Below, piece after piece: positions 1 to 12,576 of a DNA stretch of 64,000 nt. The DNA lies in NCBI RefSeq assembly GCF_964204645.1, contig NC_134031.1, forward strand, positions 16,169,807 through 16,233,806. The letters run 5' to 3'. The notes under the pieces are model-generated. The model worked only from the letters and a program-made list of their open reading frames with translations. It was not told the DNA's origin and did not search any database. This DNA is from Tubulanus polymorphus. Taxonomy: Eukaryota > Animalia > Nemertea. The position numbers and the translations under genes are program-made. Numbering within the stretch: position 1 is the stretch's first letter; every line of letters begins with the position of its first letter.

Positions 1-1030
1 CCGCACGCTTTGATTGCCATTTTAACCAGGTCGGTTCATCTACTTCTAAAACTAGATCTTCTATCACATCAATTTGGTCCCGTAAGCAATTTTTCAAGTC
101 GTCCATGTGAACATGGAAAGGAATGTCTGAAAAATAAAAATACCGATATAGCCTAAATAGTTAAAACCCCTAAATCAGTCTGTTAACCCTTTCAGTGCGT
201 CTACACTGCAGTGCAGTGTAATGATCGGTGATGTATTTTTGCTGGTACACCGCACTACGGTGTATTGATGTAATGAGTAATTAGTTTTTATCTCTACTGA
301 AAGATGGCAGCACCTGTCAAACATAGTGAAATACTAGTAACTAATGATACACCGCGCCGCCGTGTAGACGCATTGTAGTGGTATACCCGTTATTCAAACG
401 AATAGGGTGGAATTTTTTAAAATTTTCAAATTATCTCCAGCACTATCGGCTATTGGTAAGTCAGCACTGAAAGGGTTAATCTATCCGTGAATTTGCCCTG
501 ACAATCATACAATCGAATTGGTATTGCATATGAGTCGGATTGGTACCGAAAAACCTGCGCAGTGAGGCAGGATTTTGTGCCGCGGCCGAGTCTTGCGATG
601 CCATGGTTCGAATTCCTGCCAAGGGAGGAGGGGAAAGTGGCCACCCTGATCTACACTGCAGTGCGGTGTATTAATTGGTGATTGACTTCGGTGATACAAT
701 ATTGATTCAATATCAGTTATCGCTATCAAAAGATGGCAGCACCTGTCAAACATTGCGAAATACAAGTACCTTAGTAACTAACACAGCACCACAGTGAATA
801 TGCTCAATATCGGTATTCCCATTATACAAGGCACTAAGGGGTAAGAATTAGTTAGCACTGAAATGGTAAAGTGACCCCTCAAATTCATTTCCAAGAACCT
901 AACCGTCTGGATTTCTTCAAATATATTGCCGCCAGGATTCAATCCATGAACCCTAAAGGATGACACATTAGGGAACCACTCAAAACCTTACACACGCTAC
1001 AGGTTTTTTCTGCTTACCTAATAAAATCAT
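1..1030 (-). CDS. 5' part of an inverted paralogue of the zinc-finger-array gene. Coding exons 1030-1018 and 126-<1 give MILL/DIPFHVHMDDLKNCLRDQIDVIEDLVLEVDEPTWLKWQSKRA...; the gene continues beyond the window edge.
   Basis: On the minus strand, ATG ATT TTA TTA G|GTAAGC (phase 1) joins the acceptor TTTTTCAG at 127-129. The spliced peptide aligns with the exons at 6073-6088 and 6176-6307, including an identical VDEPTWLKWQ. Not in the ORF track. Confidence 0.8.
183..479. mobile_element. piggyBac-like MITE with TTAA flanks and TIR CCCTTTCAGTGC...GCACTGAAAGGG; related fragments at about 648-870 and about 14750-14790
   Basis: TTAACCCTTTCAGTGC at 183 and GCACTGAAAGGGTTAA ending at 479; the internal sequence recurs elsewhere in the window. 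Confidence 0.7.
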
Positions 1031-2301
1031 CTTAAAAATGTCTTTGTTCTTTAAATTGTAGAGTTTTCTTTATATCATTTCAGTTCACCAGATCCGTTTC
1101 CTGAAATGAAATTAAAAAACATTGATTTGAAATACCTAGAATTATAATTATGATTAATTGAATTCATGACACATGTTTGATGACTAGCCTCTAAAATGAG
1201 GTGTTGAAGCATATTTAAGTCAAAGCCGCATTCGCACTACATTACTTACTAACTTGAAGGATGATCCTTCTTTATTTAGTAAGTTAGTACAAACCCCAAT
1301 TTAATAGAATCAGAGAATGATTGGACCAAGGCCGTGTTCACATACATTCTGAACTGGACGTTTTAGTAATGAGAAGGGCTAACTTCATGGGAAGGATGGA
1401 ACCAGGGTTTGTACATTAGGAAAGAGGTAACCAAGGCTAGAAATTCATGGAAAAAGGTTGGTCACGTTATTTTACAGCAAAAAACTGAACATTTTATCAC
1501 AGACTATTACTAAACTCTCGGGGTTTATTAGGCCAATTTTACTCAGTGATTTCCTAACCCTAAACCTAACCCTAATCCTAACCACTAGTCCCCTATTCTT
1601 GAATCTTACCAAAAGGTATTCTTACAGTTAATTTTCCGCTCAGATAAAATTCAGTTCGGATCCCTATAGTTATTTGTTCTTATTTCGACTGAAGCGACCT
1701 CTGGTGACACTCGCTTACCGGGGTAAGTAGGCAAGCGGACACCGGAAGTGTATCATGTCGAAACTGTCGCAGGATTACTCGCTTCCCTCGGTATCCTTTC
1801 AATTCAATTCAATTTAAAAATGTACGCGCTATCTAAATCTGTGCATTCAAAACGATTAGAAACGAAATCAATTTGTTGGATTTCGATAATTGAAATTTGA
1901 AAAAAAGATGCTACGTTTCGGACTCTCTTAGAGACCCTTATCGTCTCGAGTTGCTCGGCGTGCGTAGAGATGAGTCCTCCCGCCAATACTGTTAAGCCGA
2001 GGTTAGCAATTCCGAGACCGGCCGGCCCAGTCGTTAGGTTTTTTTCCCACAGAAAATTAATTTCTCATTTCCTGAATCTCGTGAATGCTGCGCGCCGCGT
2101 TTTTCGCAAATAGAAGCCTCTTTCGTTTAAGAAATCACCATCGTATTTAATTCAAATAGACATCTTTCATCCAAGAACTATGAACTCACTCAACACTAAT
2201 CAAATTTAAGTTCAGATTCACTAAACTAATTTTAATGTGAACAAAAAAATTATATGGAAAACGAACACAATGATCTCGGATAGTTTTAAGCTCTTTTAGT
2301 T

Positions 2302-4225
2302 TTAAGTCGATGTGTTCGATGAAGCTGTTTTGGTTATAAAGTTCGAGTTCACGAAACACATATCAGCCTGCCATCGATACGTTTCACCTTTACCGCGAAA
2401 TGGCACTTTGTTGAGCATATGAAATGGTTCGAATCCCATTTCTGACATCTTGCGAATGTCAGCTGCGTATATTCCCATGTTCATTACCATGTTACCGAAT
2501 ACATGGTACTCGACCAGATATTGCTTGACTCTATTCAGCATACCGTCTGCTAGAATATTGTGTAGAACGGCGAATTCATTACCTTCGATATCGATCTTTA
2601 AAAAGTCGATTACCATCTGAAAGCAGGGAGAATTATCATTAACGATCATTATTACGCAGGCATAAAATCTGTACGCTCAGAATACCGTTCCATTAATTCG
2701 TTTGTATGTAATAAATGAATGGTCCACGATTTGACGAATAGATGTCTCAAATTCATTGTCTTGAAATCGTAATTCAAGCCGCTTATCAAAAAAATATTTC
2801 GTTCGCTTACATTTTCTCGTTTGATCATTTTTAGGATCGACTTCAAAGTGCGAATTTTCCATATTTGATCGGTTCTCACGTATTCATCTTTTCTCGGAAC
2901 GAAACTGTCCGAGTCGGCACCACCAATACCGAGGTCGTAAAACCAGACTTTTTTCGAATGTTTGTGATCAGGTTTTCCCATACTGAAATATGAGGTCATA
3001 TTCAATATACTCGATTCTATGATTATTGCGAGATGCACTCAATCGATCATGTCTACACACACCTGGGGTCAAACGCATACACTTCGCAACCGTATTTCTC
3101 CATCGCATCATCGAACTGCCACAAATTACCAATTCTACAAGAGGTACCATTCGCGTGAGAAGTAATCTAATGAAATCTATTCCCAGTTAATAACAAGACT
3201 TTAAAATATTCGAAAAGAGAATTTCAATTACTTTCAGCACATGAAATATAGCATTTACTGTACTAATGTCTATTTATTAATAGATAATTATATTAGTATA
3301 TTAATACATAATAAGTACCCATCACAATGAATGAAGAAATGTCTCAAAAGTTTATTTAGATATTTCTAATGTTTGAATAAACCTTTGAGACATTTCTTCA
3401 TTTTTGCGGGATTTTACTATATCGATTTATCGCGGATATCGTGAGCTACAACTGATTCATTCGGGATTTGCTGTAGTTTGGAGCAATTTTCAAGTTGATA
3501 AATTCGCGTCGCAAAAAAGACACTTGCCCAAACGAAAGCGCTAAGCAGCCAGGTTTCGGAGAGAATGGTTCATCGTGGCAGCCGAACCAGCTTCCTTCTT
3601 CTTCGCGTATACCATATAAAACGCGTTTCTTACATTTGTAAGTTGGACCCTTTTTCAAATATCTGAAGACATACATGATGTGTAAATTGATCTCTTCGCG
3701 GGTCCTCATTGTTTCACGGGCATTCATTTTTGAAAAAACAATCGAATACTTTACTCACGCTCCTATCAATGCTTCACCTTCCCACCACTTTAAGTTCAAT
3801 TGACTTTGAGAAACTATTTAAAAAATCCACCAAAATGATCATTGTTCACATCAACATAGGCTTATTCAACTCACTAATGAAATCACTATAAATATATACT
3901 CATTCACATCCAAATGGATCCGACGTATTTATCAACAGAATTCTAGGTCTTTATTCGTTCGAAAGCATACTTACTTACATAACGCTACGGAATGAAACTT
4001 ACCCTCCGTTTTAGATGCATTGTTATCCAGGCCTCTGACGAAAACGTAACGAAGTGTCGACTGTTTATTGTATAATTGCTGTTCAAAGGTAATATAGATA
4101 TAGATTAAAAATTCACCGGGATTGAGTATAAAATTATTCCATTAACCTACACATACGTGTATGAGGATGATTACGACAACGACCAAACCGATCACCGCAG
4201 CAATATTCTGATACGAACGATTCAT
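2302..4225 (-). CDS. METTL24-like (Methyltransf_22/FkbM-type) methyltransferase, multi-exon, with an N-terminal signal anchor
   Basis: Exon peptides: MNRSYQNIAAVIGLVVVVIILIH; ..YGIREEEGSWFGCHDEPFSPKPGCLALSFG; ..YGCEVYAFDP; ..FYDLGIGGADSD..WKIRTLKSILKM; ..IDFLKIDIEGNEF..KQYLVEYH. Some internal exon boundaries are uncertain. Confidence 0.8.
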
Positions 4226-5515
4226 CGTTTTTTACGAACACGCTACTGTTCAGGTTTTCCTTCTTCAGTTATGTTAACCGTAAATCTGAACACAATATAT
4301 ACCAGCTATTAACCGGTGACAATTGAAGACATCTGCCATGGATCAACCATATTGCACGAGAGTCCTCGAATATTATTATATTAGTTCGACGCGGAGGCTC
4401 GGGGGGTAATAAACTTCAGCAGTTTATTGCAATATCAATGTTATAACTATTGGGTTTTTTCTTCATGCTACATATTGGAAAAATGAACCCTATACCAACA
4501 TCAAACGGTTTTTTCGTTAAGGGTCCCCCGAGTCGGGGGCCCGACTGATCATCTTCGAGTCGGATCGAGCTGTATCACACTGTGAACTGGGTCTGTTTCT
4601 TTCAAAGTTTTAAAGTCCTTATGTGGATCAACATTAATACCTTAGTTCATCTACAATCGCCGAAACTCATGAATGGCGGGGGACCCCTAGTTTGACCGCC
4701 CGGGTTCCGGCCCCGAGAGTCGACATTCTGTCGAGCTAAACGAAACCGAATGTCTGTTAGTCGGAAATATATTCCGGAAATAGTTCGAAAATCAAGCGCA
4801 TTCGGTTATTAGTTCCGACCACTAGTCGACTAAATACGAAAACCGAATTTGGCCCTGGTTGACGCTAAATTATGAACCATTGACGCTTGTTGACGCTGCC
4901 GGTGACGATATTTTCTGGCACCATTCTTGATCCAACGCATTTGCAGCGGCTTAATTTATAAGTTATTATAAATACAACACGAAGAATTCTCTTCACCTTA
5001 TATGCTCTCTATTCATTAAAATGCCGATAAATGAAGTCTATCCCGTTACGCGATTTACACCTTACCTAAGTCGAATCCTTGTTTTAGCGTAATGTGTGGC
5101 GCTGCTGTGTTATTGGCTTGGGTAAGTCGTGTTTTATTATCATGATTCATCTTTCCTTATATTGCACTTCGTGATTATTTTCTTAACACTCCCGTGAAGC
5201 CCACAGACTTTAGAAGTTCTTAATTACTTGCAAATTGAGTAATCATGTAAAGCGTGCAACGGAATCGCTGCCATAAACATCCAAAATCATCACTACTACT
5301 TATCATCACACTCACTTGCCAGAGCAGGCCCCAGTGCCAGGGTTGCAGGCATCGACGTACCATAAGAAGAACCACTCAAGACGATTTTTTATTCAAGTCC
5401 GTATAAACTCAGATAGTTCTGCTGGGCACTATTACCTAATATGTGGTTAGGTAGTATTTGAATCGAATTGCCAATTTAATGACTAAAGTAAACGTGAATT
5501 TTCTGTGATTGAAGA

Positions 5516-5528
5516 AGCCGCCATTTTG
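5516..5528 (+). promoter_or_regulatory. YY1-like motif (GCCGCCATTTTG) in the divergent promoter/5' region between the METTL24-like gene and the zinc-finger gene
   Basis: Matches the CGCCATNTT consensus; function untested. Confidence 0.3.
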
Positions 5529-6072
5529 TTTTTTTATCTATTGACTACTACACCTGCAATCACAATAGGCACAAATCGCTGCAGGCGCGGTGGGCAGATA
5601 AATGAATGATTTGTTCCAAATTGCTTGAATAAATGCCTAGTATAATTCCCTATCTAGTCATTGTACTTGTGCCAGTGAAACCCGCAGTGCTGCACAACTT
5701 TGAATGCACAGTTAACTCAAGGCTTACAACACGCCACGTCCAAAAATAGAGCAACCTTCATTCTTGTTTCTTTCAATGCAACCACAGTTCACAGATTTTT
5801 GTCTGCAATCGAAACTATTTTCATCAAATAAACTAATTGAATATTGTTTATGACCGTTTGGAAACAACCTTAGACTAGATTTCGCTGGCCTAGAGTGTCG
5901 ATGCTATCAGGGTCGTATTCCTGTCCCTAGAGGGCTACCTCGGTTGTTGAGCTATACTCCATCCATATGCTTTTTATCCATTGATCAATAAGCCAAGTTG
6001 TTTCTTTCAGTATGAATTAGCCTGCTGTTATCTGATTTTGAGTGTCCATCATAATTGAATGTGTGCTTAAAA

Positions 6073-7771
6073 ATGATGCTTATGCTCGGTAGGTTTTGAG
6101 AAATGACCCTGAAATAATCAAGATGCCTTATAGCCTAACGTTAAATGATGGAACGTTTTCATCTTGTTTGTCTAGATATCCCGTTTCAAGTTTCTCAGGA
6201 AGACTTACAACGATGTTTAGAGTCGAATTTGGAGCTGATCGAGAATATAGTTATAGATGTCGATGAGCCGACGTGGTTGAAATGGCAGGATCGCAGACAA
6301 TCCCGATGTACGTAGTCGCTATACTCTCGTGTAGCTATGGGGGAAAACAGGACCCATAGAAGTCGGCCAAATATAACTCTGAAGTTACTGAACATTAAAA
6401 GTTCCTCACCTAAAGATTATAATGGTTCTAAACGATCTTAGAGATTTGTTTACTTTGTCCTGTTTTCTTCATTCAGTTTTAACTTTTAATTCGGATAGCA
6501 GTTATCTGGCCATTACGATCACATGGTCTCGTTAAGAGAAGAAATATTGGTTGGATTTTGATTAAATCCTTGTAGTAATGCTAAGAGTGAGTGACCTACC
6601 TAGTGCGTTGAATCATGGCTTTAGATAAGCCTAACCCAGTACATTAAATTCAAATGCCATGATCAGGTTCTTACAGATTACAGAAATCAAAAGAATTCAG
6701 GATTTATTTTTCCCCGCAGAAAAATGAAAGAAATCTCACTGATATTGGGGAAAATCAGGGAATTTGAATTTTGGTGTCTTGTTATCGCCAGTGACAAGTA
6801 AGAGCATAAGGAAACAGTCCGCACTGAGAATATTTTATAAATTGATCAGGGAATTTATGGTCTACCAAGTATAGCCTATGGGTGAAGGAAAATAAGGGAA
6901 ATATCAGGGTAATTTGGATTCCCTGTTCTTTTTGTTTGAGCCGTGTACCCGGTATATCCCTCAGTGCATTTTGCATTTTGTTATAGACCAGAACTCGGAT
7001 TCAAACTGAATATCAAATTTTTTCCAGATATGCAGCAGAATGCCATCTCAGATGACCAGATGGGAATGGCTGTTGCCGATGACGACGACGATATATCCTT
7101 CATCAAAGAGGAAAATATCGGTCACGACCAGTACAGCGCCGAAAGCCTACCCTACAACTCGAATCAGAACGCATTCCCGTACGGCAGCACCTCCGGTCAA
7201 ATGATCAGATCTCCGTATAAACAATTCCAGCATCGAAAACGTCGACGCCAGCCGTCGGCGAGCGCGACGAAAAACTCAACCGCGTCTCAAAAACGCCGCA
7301 ATCAAAATTTGTCTCGACAAGCGAAATATAATCCGCAACAGGCGCCGTACGCGTTGCCGCACGACCCAGCGGGCTCGTGGAGCGCGACGGAGGCCGGGGT
7401 ACGCGTACCTCCGTTACACGGGGGCGACACGAGCGGTCAGGGGACGTTTCAAACGGAGCAGACGGCGGTGAAACCGGAGCCGTCGTCGAGTGACGGTCTG
7501 GGCGGCGCCGACGATTACGGCAATTACGACGCGGATGCGCGGCAATCGTACGGGGAAAACCCGGGCGACGATTTCGCGGAAGGCGGCGGCAGGAATTACA
7601 CGGCGGATACGAGCGGTATGAACGACGACGGGTTGTATTTAAAGCGCGAGGACACTGACGGACAGTTGGAACAACGCCAGATGGATCCTCACGCTGAAGA
7701 TGCCACAAACGACGATAGTTTTTTCGCGGTCGATGATTCAATGAATTCTTCCGATGCTCAATCTGGTTCTG
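6073..7771 (+). CDS. Common 5' exons of the zinc-finger-array gene: 6073-6088, 6176-6307 and 7028-7771 (conserved N-terminal module, then an acidic/low-complexity linker with a basic NLS-like HRKRRRQ)
   Basis: ATG ATG CTT ATG CTC G|GTAGG; TCTAG|AT ATC CCG...CGA T|GTACGT; TTTCCAG|AT ATG CAG...GGT TCT G|GTAAG. All junctions are phase 1 and the frame stays open; the paralogue at 1-1030 supports the first two exons. Confidence 0.85.
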
Positions 7772-8952
7772 GTAAGTTTCACGTGAACAATGTCTGGAAT
7801 GTGGTGGTAGCGTGATCTCTTCTTGTTTTCGATGAAAAACAGTTTTCATTTATTTCGTGAAGTGGTCATTGGATGTGTATTATAGAACCCCACAACGTAG
7901 AAGATTTAAAGTGAAAATCTGTTGTACGATATTATGGCTAGAAAGAATGCTTCAGCCATTTCAGAGATTTATTTGAAATGAATATGAACTGCAATGTTAC
8001 CGGTACATTAAAGAAAAGTTGTTCAAGAGGTTACCCGAAACAAGGTCACCCGAAAAGTATCAGTGTAATAGATTTTCAATGTAAATCTTCAATATTGTGG
8101 GTCTTTATGTACAAAACATAGACTGCAACAAGTCTTCGATTGATTTAGTCATTGGATTGTATTCTGCAACCAAAATGATGTATTAGAAGTAAATTTTTCT
8201 CGAAACAAGAAGAAATCAACTTTACAGGTTGAGAATATGAAGATTTAGGGTATCATGTATCAAACTTTGATTTCATGTTATTGTAGAGTAGGAACGGGCA
8301 ATTTTGATAATTATTGGCCTGGTTTCAGTTTAACCGGAGATTTGCTGAAAAAAATTATGCGACGATAGAAGATCGCCGTGATGTAGAAGCTGTGAAAGAA
8401 ATTGATATTTATTGTTTTTCTTTGTCGCAAACTGTATAAGTGTTGTTTTTTGTCACATCTACCGTAGATTAGAATTGTTATTTTGATGAAGCACCGCAAT
8501 TGTCAATTATTCGTAAATGAGGGAGGGGGGTTAGAAAAGAACTGCTGAGTATGATAAGTGGGTAAAAGGCATGTATATCATATAGAGGTATTTTCAAATA
8601 CTTGAATACTGTTTTGCTGAATTCGACAACAAGGCTTTTACTGTGTGACTTAATCCCGAATATGGATGGAGCATTACCGATGCATCATGGTATCGATACA
8701 GAGGATGACTTTAGGTAGAGGATAGTTTTGGTTTTGGTTCTGGATACTGTCTGTTCAACTGGTGGATGAAGCATCTATTTTATGATATGGAACAGGATTT
8801 CCAATTATGGATCGGAAACGTCTTCGTCAATCTAGAACTTACGCCTTTTTGAGTCCATGAGGAATATGACGACACTACCGCCGCGACCGACCCAGTGACT
8901 GGATGGAAGAAACTTTCGTATTGACTGACTCCGATTTTTCTGTCATTTTCAG

Positions 8953-9227
8953 ACTGGTTTGTGACGACGCGACGTAGCGGAATCGGGCAGTCGCAGCGCC
9001 GAAACAGTCGGTCGATTCCGTCTGCCGGAGGTGGCGTCTGTCACACCTGCGGTCGTACGTTCAAATATCGCGGCGATTTAAGGCGTCACATGCGAATACA
9101 CCTGGGAATCCGACCGTACGTTTGTGACGTGTGCGGACAGTCGTTCATTCAGATCGGAACGCTCTATTTACACGCGCAACGCATTCACAATTTAATTCTG
9201 CAGAGAAAACGAAACTCCTCGATTTAA
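8953..9227 (+). CDS. Alternative terminal exon ZF-A (twin C2H2)
   Basis: TTTTCAG acceptor, phase 1; CHTC..HMRIH-LGIRPY-CDVC..HAQRIH; own stop. Confidence 0.85.
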
Positions 9228-9368
9228 TTTCTTTCCGTCGTTCGCACGCGATCGAAACATGAGGCCGGAATCTCGCGGGTTTCGGAGGATTACGAGTCCA
9301 TGGCCGTAGAGATTCTAACACATTCTAAGCTGTCATTTGAACGTCTTTTTTTCTCCCCCTCTTTTCAG

Positions 9369-9625
9369 GGATGCGTCTCTCGACACTCGATGCGGATTCC
9401 GCGAATCCGAAGGAAGCCTATTGTCCCATCTGTCACAGATGTTTTGCCGGCGCGTACCGTCTTAAGATCCACATGCGCGTGCACGTCGGCGTCAAGCCGT
9501 TTCTGTGTAGATTTTGCCAATACAAGTTTTCCGATTACTCGAACTGTAAACGTCACATCAGTCGCAAACACACGTCCGATAAACAGGAGATTCTACAAGC
9601 AGTTGTTCACGTTTACAAACTTTAA
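9369..9625 (+). CDS. Alternative terminal exon ZF-B (twin C2H2)
   Basis: CTTTTCAG|GG ATG, phase 1; CPIC..HMRVH-VGVKPF-CRFC..HISRKH; AATAAA at 10065. Confidence 0.85.
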
Positions 9626-10263
9626 CTCTGCTATATTTCGTTTTCGCTGCAGTTAAACAGGATTTCCCCCCGTAATCGAATGTGATACGAATCCCTCGCT
9701 ATGATTTATAGAAAAGAAGTCACTTTATCCGTGATGTTTTGCGCCTAGGTTTTTTCGTCGCATGGTCACTCGCGTATAACGCCAGTTCGCGGAGTATCGT
9801 ATATGAATTTGATTTGTTCCAGCTAGGGCCTTAATGTTTCATTTACGGAAGATTTTTTTTACTGTTCTATGTAGTGGAACCTCGTTATAAAGACCTCAGA
9901 TATAACGATTTTTTGGTTATAACGAACTAGAATTACATCCCAAATAGTGGATTTCAATGATTTTCTTACTCGATCTACCGAACTATCGGTTCTAGACTTT
10001 CTGGTCCCCGGAAGTTTGTTGTAACGAGGTTCCTCTATAGTATATGATTTGTAGTTACGTGTTCAATAAAAGAATGTATTAATCGAAACGCGTTCTAAGT
10101 CTGAAGTTACTTTTTCGATTATGAGATAAAAGCATTTTGAGGTTTTAAGAGTAATTTTTATTCAGTGTCAGTATTGAGCTGGTTGCGGGTCTAGGGTCGG
10201 AGAATTCTTGTGATACATCATTCTAAGTCGTAATTTCAACAATATTTCTCCCGATCTTTTCAG

Positions 10264-10526
10264 GGTTGCGTCGCGTGCCAGCTCAAACTGCTGCCGGTTC
10301 GGCTAATTCGAAGGAAGTTTTTTGTCCCATTTGTCGCAAATGTTTGGCCAGTACGTACGGACTTAAAATCCACATGCGCGTGCACATCGGCGCTAAGCCG
10401 TTCTGGTGTCGGTTTTGCCAACGCAAGTTCGCCGACTATACGAACTGTAAACGTCACATCAGCCGTCGGCATACAAACGATAAACAGGAGATTCTACGAG
10501 CGATTATTCGCGTTGACAAATTGTAA
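10264..10526 (+). CDS. Alternative terminal exon ZF-C (twin C2H2)
   Basis: TTTTCAG|GG TTG, phase 1; paralogue of ZF-B and ZF-D. Confidence 0.85.
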
Positions 10527-11007
10527 CTTCGATTTTCCAAAAAACGATTTCGCTGCATTTGTGAAGGGGATTTTTCTGAAATTAAAATACCTCTCTGTTA
10601 TCTATAAAACGAGGTCATTTTATCGGTGATATTTTGACCCTAGGATTTGCTACGTATCTTCACTTGCTGCCAAGCGCTAGTTAATGGAATATTGGATGTA
10701 AATTTAGTTTGTTCCAGCTAGAACCTTTAAGTTTCACGTTTCATTTGCACGAAATTTTGTAGTGTGTTTATATAGAATATGATTTATTATTTGTACCCAT
10801 GTGTTCGATGAAAAATATATTAATGAAAAAATTCTAAGTCTTCATTTCACTTTCTGTTTTGAGATAAAATTGCAGATGAGATGTTAGGATAAAAACTTTC
10901 AGAAGAGAGTTCGCATAGTCAGTATTGAGCTGGTAAAGGGTCTAATTTCGGGGAATTCTTACTCATTCCAAGCTGTCGTTTGAACTATATTTTCCCCATC
11001 TTTTCAG

Positions 11008-11270
11008 GGTTGCGTCGCGTGTCAGCTCAAACTGCTGCGGGCTCCGCTAATTCGAAGGAAGTTTATTGTCCCATCTGTCGCAAATGTTTGGCTACTTCGA
11101 AGGGACTTAAGATTCACATGCGCGTGCACATCGGCGCTAAGCCATTCTGGTGTCGATTTTGCCAGCGCAAGTTTTCAGATTATACGAATTGTAAACGTCA
11201 CATCAGCCGTAGGCATACGAACGATAAACAGGAGATTCTACGAGGAGTTATTCGCATCGACAAATTGTAA
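11008..11270 (+). CDS. Alternative terminal exon ZF-D (twin C2H2)
   Basis: TTTTCAG|GG TTG, phase 1; recent duplicate of ZF-C. Confidence 0.85.
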
Positions 11271-11463
11271 CCAGTTCTGGAACTGTTTCTGGCGGATGTT
11301 AAAATGTGGCGAATATCCACGACAGCATCACCCAGCAGGAGTAAATCTTAAATCTTAGTATGAATTGTATCTGTGGGCAGGTCTTATTTCTTCGGAGCTA
11401 TGAGTTTGTACTGTTAGAATTTCCCAATACTGTTAAGCTAAGCTCAGGTCAACTTTAGTAGAC

Positions 11464-11578
11464 CTGGACCCAGTTCCACAGTTGTGTGTTAAGGTTCAAT
11501 TCTGAGTTAACTCATTGAAAATGAAATAACTTTAACTCAAGAGTTAACTCTCACTCACAACTGTGGAACTGGGTCCTG
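11464..11578. mobile_element. Short palindromic MITE (CTGGACCCAGTTCCACAGTT...AACTGTGGAACTGGGTCC); second copy at about 50838-50950
   Basis: Inverted repeat with two dispersed copies in the window. Confidence 0.65.
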
Positions 11579-12576
11579 GTCATCTCGTCGACTTTTTCAT
11601 CGAGAACCTTTTCGACATTAGTGTGCTTACGACCGTGACGACTTGATCGCACGAATCGCAAAGTCAGAACAAATTCTGTTCTTGATGACCCGATCAGATT
11701 GCCGTAGCCAATCGGCAATGAGGTACCCGTCACATTACCTTTAGATTCTGCGATGATCGACTCGTAGTCGACGTGAATGCTCTTATGACGTCGCGACAAA
11801 TGAATCGTCAATCAGCGGTCAGGTGTTTACTACCGTTGTTCTAACCATGAGATGATCGTGTCATTAATCAACCTGATCTTAGCTTTAGTTGTTTCATTTG
11901 ATTACGTGGAAACTCATTCTATTCTTATCGTGATGCAGAACATTAATATGGGCTTCCGAGCTGTTTTTCTAGTGATACTACGGAATAGTTGCTGCGACAA
12001 AGTTTTAAATTGTATTTCGAGTGATTTATATCTTTTTAAATCTAAATGGATTATTTTATTAGAGAGTAGATTGAGGTGACTGTTGGTCTGTTAAATGTTT
12101 CAGAAAGTGACTTATCAGTTGATTTCAGCAGTAAAAAGCTGTTCTAACCAAGAAAACTTTGTAACCACGTAATACCATTCATGAGGCCTTTTTTCTAATT
12201 ACTTAGAGTACGGATCCGCTGACCAGAATTCAACATTCTATTAAAAAAAATCGTTTCATCGATTTCACGTGTTTCATATTATTTTTTTCAAAATTTTCGT
12301 GATATTCGATTCCCATCTTTTGAATTCAATTCCACATAATTTTCAAACCTTCCACGATTTTATGTGGAATATACTGGAATAACATAATAAAAAAATTCAT
12401 TTTCTTCCTGTTTTCTTATGTCTCAAAAAGCAGGTGATAGAAAATTCTTTCTTTATCTTTTACATTCGGCCTGCCATTTTTTTTTCCGTATAAAATCCGT
12501 ACTCCGCGTAATCGCAAAAAAAGGCCTCAATTCTCAAGTCTCCCAATTCTCCTACAGTCGCTTCTTCTACTTTCAG

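Noticed and set aside
1553-1590. Telomeric (CCCTAA)n-like tract
   Set aside because: Only about 5 degenerate units at an internal position; likely part of a dispersed repeat
5092-5121. ATG-containing exon (MCGAAVLLAW|GTAAGT) as the coding start of the ZF gene
   Set aside because: Its donor is phase 0 and the following exon has stops before ATG 6073; at most a 5' UTR exon or uORF
7205-7849. 214-aa Arg/Pro-rich minus-strand ORF
   Set aside because: Antisense shadow of the GC-rich constant exon; the same applies to ORFs antisense to the ZF exons and the GPCR
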